Part shown: in pieces, positions 49,437 to 62,210 of the stretch
Numbering within the stretch: the stretch's first letter is position 1
Layout of the letters: every line of letters starts with the position of its first letter
Source of the DNA: Camelus dromedarius
Taxonomy: Eukaryota
Length of the DNA stretch: 64,000 nt
Assembly (NCBI RefSeq): GCF_036321535.1
Contig: NC_087438.1
Coordinates: forward strand, 10,108,001-10,172,000
Reading direction: 5' to 3'
Position numbers and translations under genes: made by a program
The notes under the pieces: generated by a model
Seen by the model: the letters and a program-made list of their open reading frames with translations, nothing else
What the model was told of the DNA's origin: nothing
Database searches by the model: none

Positions 49437-52405
49437 GTGCTCAATGAATAATGATTGAACTAATGAATGGAAGGAAGGAGAGAAAGATAAGAAGACAGAG
49501 AGGGAAAATAAAGAGTCAACTTTGATTTCCCCCTTTCTCAGAGTCAGAGCTCTGTGACTGAATGGGAGGGGTGGGGTCAGAGGGAGGGTGAGGCAGCTGG
49601 GTAAGGCCAGGGACAAACACCTGGCAGACGTGAGAGGCCTGCGGGAGGGATGAGGCGGGGCCTCGGGAGGCCCTGCAGATGGCACGTTACCCCGCCCATG
49701 GGCAGGTCTTCGTGGCACCTGCAGGGGAAGTTCAGTCCCTCTAGTCTCTCAAGTCCCTTGATGATGGTGAGGATGTCCTCTGACCAGTGTCACCAGGCTA
49801 GGGGAAGGGAACCTTTCGTCCTTTCTCCTGGAAGGTGCCAGCCAGCATGCTAGTACACTTGTGTTTTAAGGAGGCCCTGAGAAGGTGGAAAGCTTGGCTG
49901 GTGCCAGCCTGCAGCGTCCTGGCCATGAGAGGACACGCTGACTGGCTGGGGGATGAGCTGAGTTTTACTTACGAAGCCTGAAGTGAGTAAACCAGGCATC
50001 GCAACATTATTTTTGAGGCTGAGCATATCCAGGGTCTACAGAAGTCGTTTTCTTTTGCACAGTATTGTTTTATTCCAAATTATGTATTTATAAGAGGCTG
50101 TGTCTGTAACACGTGGGATTTCTAATAACCATGAACATTAAATTTAGCATTGTTCCTGCAGCGGATGAAACGTGAGGTCTTCCCTGAAATAACTAACCTG
50201 TTCTGTCGGTTGTCTGGGTCATCTCTTGTTGGGACAGGCTGATTCTCCCAGTGGGCACACCAGGGGCAGTGTTGCCAGACCTCCCCCGGGGAGAGCACAG
50301 CCGAAGGGCTGGCTGGGAGGTGGGGAGGGTCCGGAGCTCTCCTCCCTTGCCTTCACATCCCCAGTGCTCGAGGGGGGAGTCAAGGGTGTAGTGCCGGGGA
50401 AGTGTCTTCAGAACAGGGAAACTTTCCTAAAACTGAGGCTCCTGTGATGCCACGAGTTGAGGCATGAGGCAGCTTCGGGGGAAACAGGCAGAAGGAGGAA
50501 ATACTGTGTCATTTAAAGCACTGCGTGTTCAGGCCAGCTTTATTTTGTTCACACCCCTCAGTCCTTGAGGAATTTCAGGCATTCTGGTCATTCCCCTCAG
50601 AAAGCCTTCAGGAAGTGCATTGATGTCTAAAAGGGGAGGGAACCGACTCTGCGATGGCTGCTTGGAAAGTTAAAAGGGGAGTGTTTCCTATAAATCACGA
50701 GGAGAAAGTCTAGAAACAACACCCTGTTGACCTGAGTGAGAAAGGATGGGCATCCTTGGGGACTGTGAAGTGGAGTCCTCGCCTGGGTCGTTGTTCCCTC
50801 GGGAACCTCGATGCCGGCCCCATCTTCTCACTTGTGGGTTTGATTGCAGATTTTTTTCTTCTAAGTGGCATGCTCCGGCTTTTGTATTTAATGCAGTCAA
50901 TTAGGAAGGATGTTCCTGTGTCTCAGTGTTCTCAGGACTGTGTTCCTCTAAGCTCTGTAGGAAATGGCCAGTGAGAGACAACACCCTCTGAAGGACTTGG
51001 TTGGAGGAGAAGACCTGTGTGTAAGAGACACTAGAGCGTGGTTTCCACCTTGTACGGAATATGATGAAATCGGATCGGGAGGACTTAAGTTGTGTAATAA
51101 TGATTCTCGCACCTGAATTGTTTAGATACGAAGTTTAGGGAAAACCTTTAGCTTTGTTCTTCAGTCTTAAGTGAGAAGTTATGGTGTAATAATAAAGTTA
51201 GTTTTTTGGTGTGATGGGAAGGTCTCTTAAGAGTAAAATTAGAATCCAGTTTTGCTAATGTTATATTTGTTACATTTGAAACTCATTGCATACAACTCAT
51301 ATTAATATCTAGCAAAATATTCTGTGATAGAAGCCCCTAAGAGTTGGTATCTGAGCTCCCTTGGAGGTCAGAGGGAGGGCGAGGGTCTGTGTGAGGGGAG
51401 GCTAGTGAGAGCTGGGCCCTGTCTAGGTTTCTGATGGCCCATTTCTGAATGGAGGAAACCCCACACCTCACCTCCACCCCTAATAAAAAACAAAGAGGAG
51501 AAAAAGGTTGGTTTTCATTATTACTTGGTTAGGTTTGGGAGGAAATTGTGTCTGTTTTAATGTAATTTTCTGCACCTAGAGTTTTAACTCTGCTGTGTTG
51601 TATGTGGATCTGTCAGGGGCAGGTCCACCCTAGACAGCTGTGACCATTGTCACAGAAGACTGCCCAGAGTCAGAGACTTTGTTTCCCGTTCAGTCTTCCC
51701 AGGGTCCACACTGCGTTGGTGCACAGAATCTATTTTTGAAGTGGACAGATGATCTTCTGAGCCATGAATGTGCGAGCCTGTGATTGGCAGCGTGTGTACT
51801 GGGATCGGACGACAAATGGCCTGGGAATGTTGGGGAGAGGACACATAGTGTAGCATCGGCCGCGCATAGCCTCACATCCCTGGGCTCAGAGGCTGGAGAG
51901 GACTGGAAAAACCTCACCGTACGCAGTCTCGTCTCTCGCAGTCATGTGAACTTTGCGGAGGTGGCATGTGGATTTAACTGCAGGTAATTTACATGGGCGC
52001 AAATCCCATCAGTTTGAATAAGCTCTTTAGAATGAAATTGGTACCTGCTTTATCACCGCTTGTACTTACAGAACTGTTTTGACTTTAGAGGAATTTACTT
52101 GTTAGAACAGTTTTCTCTCCCGTGAGTGTTGTTTGGATATATCAAGTTATAATTGGTGGGGTCAAGCCATTCTAATTGTAGGCTGTGACAAACCAAAGTC
52201 TGGACAGGAAATTTTACATGTATACTTATGAAATCAAAGGGACTAAAGTTAAGGTGTATTTAATAAGGAAGTTCAAACCATCTTGCTTACCTGAGACGTC
52301 GCCTATGATGTCTAAATTTATAATATCAATTATGATACATAGACTTTATATACTTAAAATAGATTTAAGATAAAAATAAAACATAGAAGTGTATGTTTGA
52401 TCTAG

Positions 52406-52566
52406 AACAAGAGTGGGTACTTTTTTTGTGAATGCCAGATAGTGAGTATTCTAGGCTTTGTGGACCCATTGGTCTCTGTCCCCGCTACTCAGACCACAGT
52501 TGCAGCTGAGAATCAGTATTTGGGGAGAACGGACTTGTCCCCTGGGTTCCTGTTTGCTGGTCCCTT
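52406..52566. mobile_element. MER58A-like hAT MITE, internally deleted
   Basis: gccagatagtgagtattctaggctttgtggaccc..ggtctctgtccccgctactcag..gtttgctggtccc. Confidence 0.75.
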
Positions 52567-52769
52567 CCTGCAATGTTGTCTTAAGACTTGGGAGGAGAGG
52601 TGGAGCGGACAGCCTCTAGAACCTGTCCCAGGAGTTTCCTTTAGATGTGCCGTGATGTAATTTTCACCACCCTGGACCAGTCCAGGTAATCATGCCCCAC
52701 TTTAAGGGGTTTCCCTGTACCTTTAGGAAGACAGTGTTCAAGGCTGGATCTAGGTGACTCTTTCTTTAC

Positions 52770-53680
52770 AGCAGTGAGTGGTTCCTAACTCCTGCAGACC
52801 CACCTTCCCTGTTTATAACATACTGTGAAATGCTTCCTGTACGATTCTGAAATGTAATTAATGTGTAATTTAAAAATCAAAACAATGCTTTAAGTAACAA
52901 AAAAGACATGAAATAAATGCAACTTGTAAACATTCATTTAAGTATGGATGCCCAGATAATAACTATACACTAGAACAGTGGTAATGGAAGTGCTGATCTG
53001 AGGGGACAGCATGTGTCTGTAAATCCTCTAGCAGCTTCCTTCATTGAGTCTTGCTGTGGAAAAACAGTCCACTGAACAAACTCTGTTTAAATGCAGGAAG
53101 GTTCTAATGAACTTGTGGACTTGCCACTGGTCTTCAGATCACATTGTGGTAGCCCTGCTCTAGAATATGTGACTATGTTTCCACCTGTTTGCACCCATGT
53201 ATAGAATCTCCATGAACGAGAGGTCCACGGAGGCCACTTGTGCCTCATGTGTTGTGCTGGTGACTCCGAGACCTTGAGTCACGTTGCTGCTGGTGACATA
53301 ATTTCTCAGGTGAGCAGCTCTTGGTACATTTCCAAACCAAAATAGAGATTTCCCCCATTTACAGGTTGTTCTCCAGAAAAATGTAGTGTATAGAAAACTG
53401 TACCCCCAAAATTGTTTCTGCATGAAATAGAGTTAGGTTGTAAACCCAGGATTTTCACTTCCTTGAATATCTGGCAAGACACTGGAAAGTCAGGCAAGAT
53501 GCTTAGTGACAGGTGTGTGTGTGCAGGTGTGTGTGTGTGCGTGTTGGCAGGGGCTGTCACATGCAGTGGTGTCCAGCATTCCTGGCTTTCATCCTCTAAA
53601 TGCTAGTAGTGTCTCCTCCCGCCCCGCCCCCCCATCCTTGTGACAGCTACAAACGCCCGCACAGATTCCCAAATGTAGAT
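52770..53680 (+). mobile_element. MER20B-like hAT-Charlie element (degenerate, possibly interrupted)
   Basis: Left end gtggttcctaac; aaatagagttaggtt; 3' part ccagcattcctggc..ctaaatgctagtag..ttgtgacagctacaaacgcc..gattcccaaatg resembles the MER20 3' end. Confidence 0.6.
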
Positions 53681-55199
53681 GAATGAAGGAGTGTGGAGGT
53701 GAGGATCGGGGAGCACGTTCGTCACAGGGGTGGGTGTCAGGATGGGTGCTGTGCTGTGCTGTGCTCGGGTGCAGGTGGGCTGCGGAGGGAGCAGTTAACC
53801 CTCTGCCTCAGCTTCCTCAAGCCTCTTCTCCCCCTTATCATGTGCTCCTTCTCTGCCTTTCCCTTCCGCCCCCAGTTTTGCCCCATTCTCCCTAGTCCTT
53901 TCTCTTTTCTGTCATTCTCTAGGGTAAACTTCCTTGTCTTGATGTTCTAACATACCAGCTAGTCTTATCATTTGCAAGGTATGTTGAAAACACTTTATTA
54001 CCAATAGTAATCAAAGCACCGACATTTGCAACGCACTTTTCCCAATATCACTCACTTCCATATTGATTTTAGATTTGGGGCTGGAGAGAAAGCGGCGGAG
54101 TGCAGGCTCCTGCCTGTCACGATGCTCCGGGGGGCTCCCTTGCCCGTCACAGGAGGTTGCTGGAGGACTGAACTTGAAAGATACAGCTTGTGAGTTACTT
54201 GCCAACGCCTGCTCCCTGCGTTTAGTGGTAAATGTTACAGAGGAGGCAGAAACAAAGCCCCGTCTCCCATGTTCCCCATCGTTTGGTATTTTAACCATCT
54301 AAAGGTTTAGAAAGGTACTTTGCTTCAGCAACGTCTCACTCTGCGATGTGACCCTGTGATGCTCAGTACTGACGAACAGGTCCATTTTTCAGCGGGGGCC
54401 CTCCCCCATCCACTTCCCTCTGGGGGCCAGACCCTTTGGTGCTCTGTGAGTCTGAGTGTGAAAGTGTGTGTTGGAAGGGAGAGCGGTTACTGCTGTTGTG
54501 TCTGAAACAAGTTAAGGTTATATTTGGTGAGCCAACTTTGGCTATTATCGGTTGATTTTTATGGGTTTCACAGTTGAGCAGTAATGAGTCATAATCACTA
54601 CTTAATTGTCTCAAGCCAGAAGGTGGACGTGTTTTTTTCTTGGAACCTCCAGGCTGTCAGTGAAGGGGAGAAAACCTTTCCTTGGGGTTAAGTTGAAAGT
54701 CAGCTGCTGACATCCTTTCTTGGGCTGGTCGCGCTCTCCTGAGCAGACCTCTTTCCGGGAGCCTCTCTGCCACAGAGGTACAGAGCCAGTCACCAGCTCC
54801 ACTCTCTACCATTATGAGTTTAATTTAATAATACAAGTAGAACATGAAGTATGTAAGTATGAAATGTCTGCTGCGTAGTAATTTAAAGCTTTTACAAGTT
54901 ATGGCAGAGTTAGAGAAAGTGGTATGTTTTATTGCAGACTCGCAATAGGGGTCCTTTCTCATCCTGAGGACTTGTATTCCTTTGAAGAGTCTTTTTTGGC
55001 TTAAACCCATGACTGAATTTAATTCTCTATTTACTCATATTACCATGGATCATTTTGGGGATGGAGGAAGCAAATATTTTTTAAGAACTTACATGTGCAA
55101 GATCATTCAAAGATTCAGGCCTTCTGGCATAAAGGTTTAGTTGAAAACATAAGGACTTCATTCTAACAGCAGTGGCGGCAGCAGCCCCCAGCCCCCGAG

Positions 55200-55340
55200 A
55201 TAAGAGCTACAAAAGTTATCTAATCCTCACTATGATCCTGCCAAGGTGGGCCTTGTGTTATAGTGCTGACATCAAAGATGAGAGATGCCAAGTGCTTGTG
55301 AAGGTCACAGGCTGCTAGGGGCCAAGTCTGTGTTTTTGCC
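55200..55340 (-). mobile_element. MIR fragment
   Basis: taatcctcactatgatcctgccaaggtggg..aaggtcacaggct. Confidence 0.6.
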
Positions 55341-55599
55341 ATTACCCTTCTTGATAACATATTCCTGTTGTACTGGGCTTGTCTTAGGTTCTTGGATGAG
55401 GCAGACATACCCACTGGCCCTGGCCTCCCTTCCTCTGGCTGCAATGAACATGCCCTCCCTGCACCCCAACCCCTTGGTTAAGTTCTAACCACCATTTAAG
55501 TTTCATCTTAGATGTGAGCAGATAGGCATTTCCTAACCTCCACATCAGCTTCTTCCTCCACCCCACTCCCCAGCCTGCAGGATGTCCCCTTGACTTCCT

Positions 55600-55770
55600 G
55601 TAATCCCCAGCTTTCTACCTGTTGCATTTATGGTATTAGTTGGGTGATGGGTGCCTACTCTCCTGGACTCTTAGCTCACTGAGGGCAGGAACCGTGTGTC
55701 ATCCTTGCCTAGCATGGCACGTGGCACATGGTGGGTGTACGGGAGATGGTTTCTAAATGAGTGAAGGGAT
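55600..55770 (+). mobile_element. L2 3' end
   Basis: tggactcttagctcactgagggcaggaaccgtgt..cctagcatggcacgtggcacatggtgggt..aaatgagtgaa. Confidence 0.75.
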
Positions 55771-57687
55771 GTTCATACTTTCGTCCACCATGTTCCATGC
55801 AACACACACAGAGCAGAAAGCGAGAGAGAGAGGTGTGCGCAGCCTTCACGTCATGGGCAACAGAATTTAAAACATTGCACACTAAATCATTAAAAAAAGG
55901 ATATGTTTTCAACATATGCATTTTTGTTTACTTAATATGTACTGTATACTGCAAAAATTCACAAAATTGGAACTTTAAAAAGGATGAAGAAATTTTGAAA
56001 ACATGGTGTTTCTAATATATTTTTCTGTGTCACAAAATCAGCTGATGCGAGGACCTACTGTCCTGGCAGCTGGGCTGCTGGGGAGCTGGGGCAGGCTTTG
56101 CAGGAAGAGGAAGTAACTAAGCTGGTTCTAGGGTCTAGTGGGATTGGATGGGACAGATCAGAGCCTGGTCTAGGGTGGGAAGTGCAGGGCTCGTGCAGGG
56201 AGGGATTCACATATGGACGGGGTAGGGGAGATAAGATTCATCAGAAAGACTGGGACTTGGCTGGGGCTGAGGTCTGATTCTGTTCAAGATGTAAGACTTC
56301 ACCATCCTGAAATGACAGGTTATTAAGTTCTTTGAGGAAGCAGATAACTGCCTTCCCCCTATCCTTCAGTAAATACTTTTCCTTCCTTCTCGTATCTTTG
56401 AGTGTAGTAGAAATCAGGTGTAATTTATTCTATCTCTTTATAAGAACTTGGTTAATTTTTTCCCTTCTCTATCAGATACACCTGAAAGATTTACTCTTTG
56501 TCATTGTCATTGAAAATGGTGATGAGGTTCCTGTACAGAGGACGGCACCAAGCCATGGACTAAGTCCATAGAGAAATACTGGTTGTTTCAGAGGTAGAAT
56601 AGGTGACAGGATAAAAAATGTACAATTCGGTGTTAACATTTGGACGAGCTAGGCAGTGGCTAGGGGCACCTGGTGGTTGCAACCTTAGAAGCTGGTGGCC
56701 AGGCCAGTGGATGGAGGAAGTGCCTCTTCTCTGGCTGAGCTGTGGGCGGGGCAGCAGCTGCCTTGGCGTGTTTAACCCCACGTTGTGAGACTGCTGGTGA
56801 TGCTTGTCAGGGGTGGACAGCTCCCCTGAACCAGTCTGTAATCTCAGTATCTTTTAGGGGCAATGTTTACGCCACACTGAGATGGGGGAAATACACTGAG
56901 ATTGGTAGTTAGAGAATCAATGTTGAAAAATCACATTTGGAGTAGTGTAGGGAGTGAAATAATAAATAGTGAAAATTATTCCTGTTCTAACTATAACACT
57001 GTATCTGCAAATAAGGGGAAGCATTGTAATGCTTGCAGATTGCAGTGCAAAGTGTATTTAGCCTATTTGATGGAAGCAGATATGTCAGTCTGCGAAGAGG
57101 AATGTGTAAGTTGTCACAGCAGGTCATTTAACAGAGGTGTGGGGCATTTAAAAGTGCTTTATTTGTAAAAAAAACTCTGAAATGGCTATTATAAAAAATG
57201 ATCTCATGTGTAAAGCTAAATTATTTTTAAGGAATATCTATAATGCAGAATATTGATGAGAAAATACTAGTTTGTTTTAGGTTAAAATGCATAATTTTTT
57301 TGTTAAAATGATAGTTTATAAAAACGATAAAAGAAAATGTACTTTTGCCCTAAATTATATTCCAATAACATGGAAATTTTGATCTAAATGAAATATAAAT
57401 AAGGCTTTAAGAATTTTTTTTAGGAAACTTAAGGGGAAAATGGTATCTCTGAAAAACAAAGCAAAACCAAGACAAAATATTATCCATTCTCACATAGCGT
57501 ATTCAGAATATAAGGAAAACCTAGGAAGTATATTTTGCTACTTGTAAAACATTTCTTTTCAGATAATTTGTTGATCCTTTAAAAGTATGTTTTAAGCATC
57601 TTATAATACAGTCTAATTCATTCACACGAACTAACAGATTCTATAAATAAAACAGACCCAATCTTATTTTAAAAAAAAATGCAGCAG

Positions 57688-57860
57688 GAAGACCTGGGTT
57701 TGATTTGGCTGCACTGTCTCCAGTAAGTGGTGGTATCTCATCTTTGACCCTCGAGTCCCTGGTTTCTAAAGTGTAGACCATAAATGTATTTATCTTACAG
57801 GCAGGGTTTAGTCATTAGGTTTGGTAATAAATGCTTTGAAAACTGTAAAAGCCTATATAA
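57688..57860 (+). mobile_element. MIR/MIR3 fragment
   Basis: aagacctgggtttga..ctgcact..tctaaagtg..cttacagg..aaatgctttgaaaactgtaaaagcctatataaa. Confidence 0.6.
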
Positions 57861-58339
57861 AATGTAATTGTTTCAGTGATTTAAGGATGGAATGTTGGCC
57901 AGTGATCATTCTGCCAGGTCCAAAGGTAGTTTCATTTAAGCAAACTGGAAATCTTCTAGAAAAAGGAAATATATATATGTATATATTTTTCCAAAGCCAA
58001 AATGTGAAAACCATGAATAAAATTTTAACAATGATGTATATCCATTCTAATCTGAGCATGTATTTGTGGAATGAGTTCATGGAAAGTTGTCAAAAGCTTT
58101 TGGGTAGGGAATGTAAGCGTTTTGGTGGTTTCACTGCTGAAAGTAAACATTTTTGAGAAAACTTAAAACTTGCAGCTGTCGATTCAATGGACTGATCCAG
58201 TTCTGTTAGGTAGATAACCTGTTTAACAAATAATTTATTTATGGTAGGAACCAAGCTAATTTTATTCAGCTGTTGATTTCTCTGAGCACACGTCTAAATA
58301 TGGAATTATGATGTTTTGGCCTTTGATGAGGCAATTTTT

Positions 58340-58466
58340 AAAAAATATTATTTATTTTAACATTTTTTAAAAAAATTGAAGTGCAGTCAGTTACAATGTG
58401 TCAATTTCTGGTGTTCGGCACAATGTCCCAGTCATGCATATACACACATACATTTTCATATTTTTG
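58340..58466 (-). mobile_element. 5'-truncated lineage-type (camelid/artiodactyl) L1 3' end with TSD
   Basis: aattgaagtgcagtcagttacaatgtgtcaatttctggtgt..gtcccagtcatgcatatac..ttttcata; flanks gaggcaatttt (58328-58338) / gaggcagtttt (58467-58477). Confidence 0.8.
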
Positions 58467-59020
58467 GAGGCAGTTTTAATAAAGGTTTTTTCCAGAGCCT
58501 GAAAGGTCCCCGGAAAATAAAAATGTAATGGTGATTAAAGGTACTTTCTTTAAATGTGTTCAGAGTCTTAAAATGTTTTCATCTTTTATACAAGGACAGA
58601 GAACATTTTATGAAAAAGAAGTTTATCTTAATTATAAAATGTATGTGTTTATTCTTCAGGCCTTCGTCTTATAGTAAACCATTTGCCAAAGCCAAGGTAA
58701 TGAAGACGTTAAGTAGCCACCTTTCTGTTCAGTGCATCTAAAAGAACTGTTGGGTTCAGGAATAGTTAGCTTGAATATACGCACTTACTTCTCCAGAGGA
58801 ATATTTGGCCAAGGTAGTAAATATACTATTTTAGTTACTACTCTATATACCCAAACTTTGTGTGCCTTTAGGAGAGCAGAAATAGTCATACTATATCTAT
58901 TCAAAGTAATCTCTCCTCCATTCCAAATGTGTTCTTAATAATCAGTTACAGAGTAGTATTTTTTGAACAATGTCTTTGTAACATTTCCAGTCTTTTTTTC
59001 CTTTTCTTCCTTTCTTTCCT

Positions 59021-59136
<116 letters not shown>

Positions 59137-59179
59137 CTTTCCACTCTCTTTCTCACTCTCTTTCTTTCTTTAATTTTGG

Positions 59180-59530
59180 CCAACTTTATTAGGATATAAC
59201 TAACATAGCATAAAAATCACCTATTTAAAGTGGATGATTCAGTGACTTTTTAGTGTATTCAAAGTTGCATGACCATCATTACAGTTGGTCAACTTTAGAA
59301 CACCTTCATTGCCAGAAAGAAACCCCACACCCCTAACCTTCAACCCTTCAGTCTTCCCACCCCTTCCAGTCTTTTTTTTTTGGGGGGGGGGCAGAGGTAC
59401 TGGGAATCGAACCCAGGACCTCATGCATACTAAGCATGCACTCTACCATTTGAGCTATACCCCCTGCAGTCCTAGGCAGCTGCTGCACTATTTTCTCTGT
59501 GGATTTGCCTGTGAAACAGCTTGTTTCATA
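59180..59530 (-). mobile_element. L1MB-type 3' end, interrupted by the tRNA-Ala retroposon
   Basis: actttattaggatataactaacatagcataaaaatcacctatttaaagtg..gaacaccttcattgccagaaagaaacccc.. resumes as cctaggcagc..ctctgtggatttgcct. Confidence 0.85.
59372..59464 (-). mobile_element. tRNA-Ala-derived retroposon (short Vic-1-like SINE or processed tRNA pseudogene) with AGT anticodon
   Basis: Minus strand reads GGGGGTATAGCTCAAATGGTAGAGTGCATGCTTAGTATGCATGAGGTCCTGGGTTCGATTCCCAGTACCTCTG-C10-A10; flanks tccagtc / tgcagtc. Confidence 0.9.
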
Positions 59531-60241
59531 ACTTGAGAAACGTATACAGAGGGATGTTTCCAGCCTTCCTCCGATTGCAGTGCAGTAACGTGGTACACCT
59601 GTGTAAGCCACTGAGACCCCCTGCCTGCCTGCTCGGCGTTACAGTTTTCCCTCTGATAGCATCCCAGTGTTCTTTCCCTTTGGTCCCCATGTGGTGGCTG
59701 ATGTAGTGACTAAGAAGGACAGGGAGGGTATAGTGGTACGTAGTGCTGCTGTAGGTGTGGTGTGAGGTGAGGCTGAAAGGACATGGCTTGCATGATGCGT
59801 TGAACAGCAGAGAATTTGTGCAGACAGCCTGACCAGGCATGCTGGAGTTGTGTTTCCAGCAGTTGTTGGGTGGAAGTCAACAGTTGTAGCCTGGACACAG
59901 ATGGAAGTGAACATGACAGTGGAAGATGAGATATGAGCAGTCACTGAGCTCACTGACCAGCTTGGTGCTTAAAATGCCTGACTGGCCCCAGCTTAGCGAC
60001 TTCGTCTCCGTCCCAGTAGACGGAGGGGATTGATAGATAATGAGCTGGCCAATAATATTGGTCAGGACTTGAAAAGGGAAGGGGGCTACAAGCTGAGCCC
60101 AGACCTGCCGGCCTGGTTTTAATTTAGAATTAGCTACAATTTGAAGTAGAATTCACGACTCAACTGTTTCTCTTCTTTCTCAGCATCAACGCTATTATTA
60201 CTGGTTGGGCAAAATTACCTTAAAAGCATTACTTTGGGTAG

Positions 60242-60320
60242 TTATTTTATTTTATTTTATTTTATTTTATTTTATTTTATTTTATTTTATTTTGTTTTAT
60301 TTTATTTCATTTTGTTTTAT
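60242..60320. repeat. (TTTTA)n pentanucleotide microsatellite: 9 perfect units, then degenerate
   Basis: Read directly from sequence. Confidence 0.95.
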
Positions 60321-61849
60321 TCTAGCCACTGCCCCTGTCCTGCCTGCCTATTATCAATTAAACGTGCAGGAAGAGCTATGTATGTTCTCCTTTTTATTTT
60401 CTGTGACTTAAAGTGATTATAGTTTTCAGACAAAATCAGAGCTGTAGAGTGGAATTTACATGTGAGAAAGTGGAGTTTGGGTCAGATTTCTTGAAGTACT
60501 GGGCATATCAGAGATTTTTAACAGGAATTAAATTAGGAGAATGCTCAGCGATTTTGTTTTCCGAGGGGCTGCAGCAGGTGTTGGAGGTGAACGGACTACC
60601 TGCACGCTGGGAAGGGCTTTCTGTGAGTAAGAAGGTAATTAAGTGTGGTGAAGAAAAATATTTCAGTGTTTTCTTTGAAGCCGATTTTAACCCTTAATTG
60701 GTTCATTAATTTAAAACACTTAGAGCATTAGTGACAGGGTCTTTCCCTCTCTTGTGGTGCAGTAATGAGTAAACTCTGCATCGCTCTGTCACCTCACATG
60801 GACTCACTTGCAGCCTGTGCAGGCGCGGCCAAGGAGGCAGGGGCTTGATGGGCGCACTGTCTCTTGCTCTGGTTGAAAATCTCCATGTGCATATAATCCA
60901 GGACTGTAATAAAAAGAGAATTCAGTGTACATCCTTTTTAAAATGTAACTTTTTATGCTCTTTCTTCCATTCACATAAATAATTCAGTAAGTGATCCTTA
61001 AGCTAAAGTCTTGCAATGCAGCTTTGTGAAGAGCCTGGGAGCATAACTGCAATGCTTTCTGCCTGGTCTTGAATGGTGTTGCCTGGAGCTGAGAAGTCCC
61101 TGGTTTCAAGTCTCTGGTTTAACCTTGAGTTAATTAATCCCTTGTAAACCTCTGTTTTCTCATGGAAAATAGGTAGAAAAACAGGCACTTCTTAGGCTAA
61201 GGAGAAGTGCCAGCTGATGGTATCTGTTCAGTGAGTGGCGATGCCAAATGTAATGATAATGTTGTTTTTGTTGTTCATTTTATTTTCGTATAGGACAGAA
61301 GAGGAGGGTACACATAATCTAAAATTGTTGGCCATAGACTTGAGATGTGGAGCAGAATGCCTAGGGTGTTTTGTGTAGTCAATAAAGTAAAAAAAATACT
61401 GAAAATTCAAATATTAAACTGCCAGAATAACTCCAGAATATATAAATGGCATTCTAACAAATTGTGCTTATATGTTTTTGATGGAAAGTAAGAATTATTT
61501 TGTAATTTTCTTTTCTGATTAGCTGTACAGACCTCCTATCCCCCACTCCCCCTGCCCCCCAGCCTTTCTCAGTGCTTGTGTGAGCTTCCAGATAAAGCTG
61601 GTATTCCTCCTCCTATACTTGGTTGAAATGTGCAGGATAAGAATTAGGTGCAGTGATTCAGTCTGCAGCGGCAGCTTTCATGCGTCTCAAAGTCTGGAGC
61701 CTTGGTCTCTTAGTTGAAAAGAAGTGCATCAGCATAGCAACGTGAAGAAGTAGAATTCATCCCCCCACTCCCCTCCCTGGCCCCTGACTTGTCTTCACCA
61801 GGCGCTTGACTGGGAATTGATCTCCCTATTTAACCCTCCCTGACCCCGT

Positions 61850-61960
61850 CAGGTGCCACCCATTTCACAGATGGGGACTCTGAGGCCCAAGGCCACCCAG
61901 CTGCGGAACAGAGTTCCGATCGGGTTGAGCCAACTCAAAAATCCCACATTCTTTCCACCA
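61850..61960 (-). mobile_element. MIR fragment
   Basis: cccatttcacagatggggactctgaggcccaaggccacccagct..cattctttccac. Confidence 0.7.
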
Positions 61961-62029
61961 TTGTCTGCCTCGTGCTCCGTGGAGAGGAAGATACAGAAAC
62001 ATATATAACTGTGAAATTCACAATGGAAG

Positions 62030-62210
62030 TAGGAATTTCAGTTCAACAAACATCAGAGGATGGATGGAGAACTGTATGGGGTCTAAAGAGAGAGCATCTC
62101 TCTGTCTGCATTGCCCCCTCCCCTCCCTAGGAAAGGCTTCATGAAGTTTTGACTCCAGACTTAATAGAAGGATGGCAAGGCGGAGACAGTGATAAGAGCA
62201 GAAGGAATAG
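62030..62210 (-). mobile_element. L2 fragment
   Basis: gaactgtatgggg..ggaaaggcttcatgaag..agacttaa..gaaggatgg..agcagaaggaatag. Confidence 0.45.

Noticed and set aside
7636..54591. Enrichment of AP-1 sites (about a dozen TGA[C/G]TCA seen)
   Set aside because: About 8 are expected by chance in 64 kb at equal base frequencies, so this is not convincingly enriched
60205..60416. ORFs with ILFYF repeats
   Set aside because: Translations of the (TTTTA)n microsatellite
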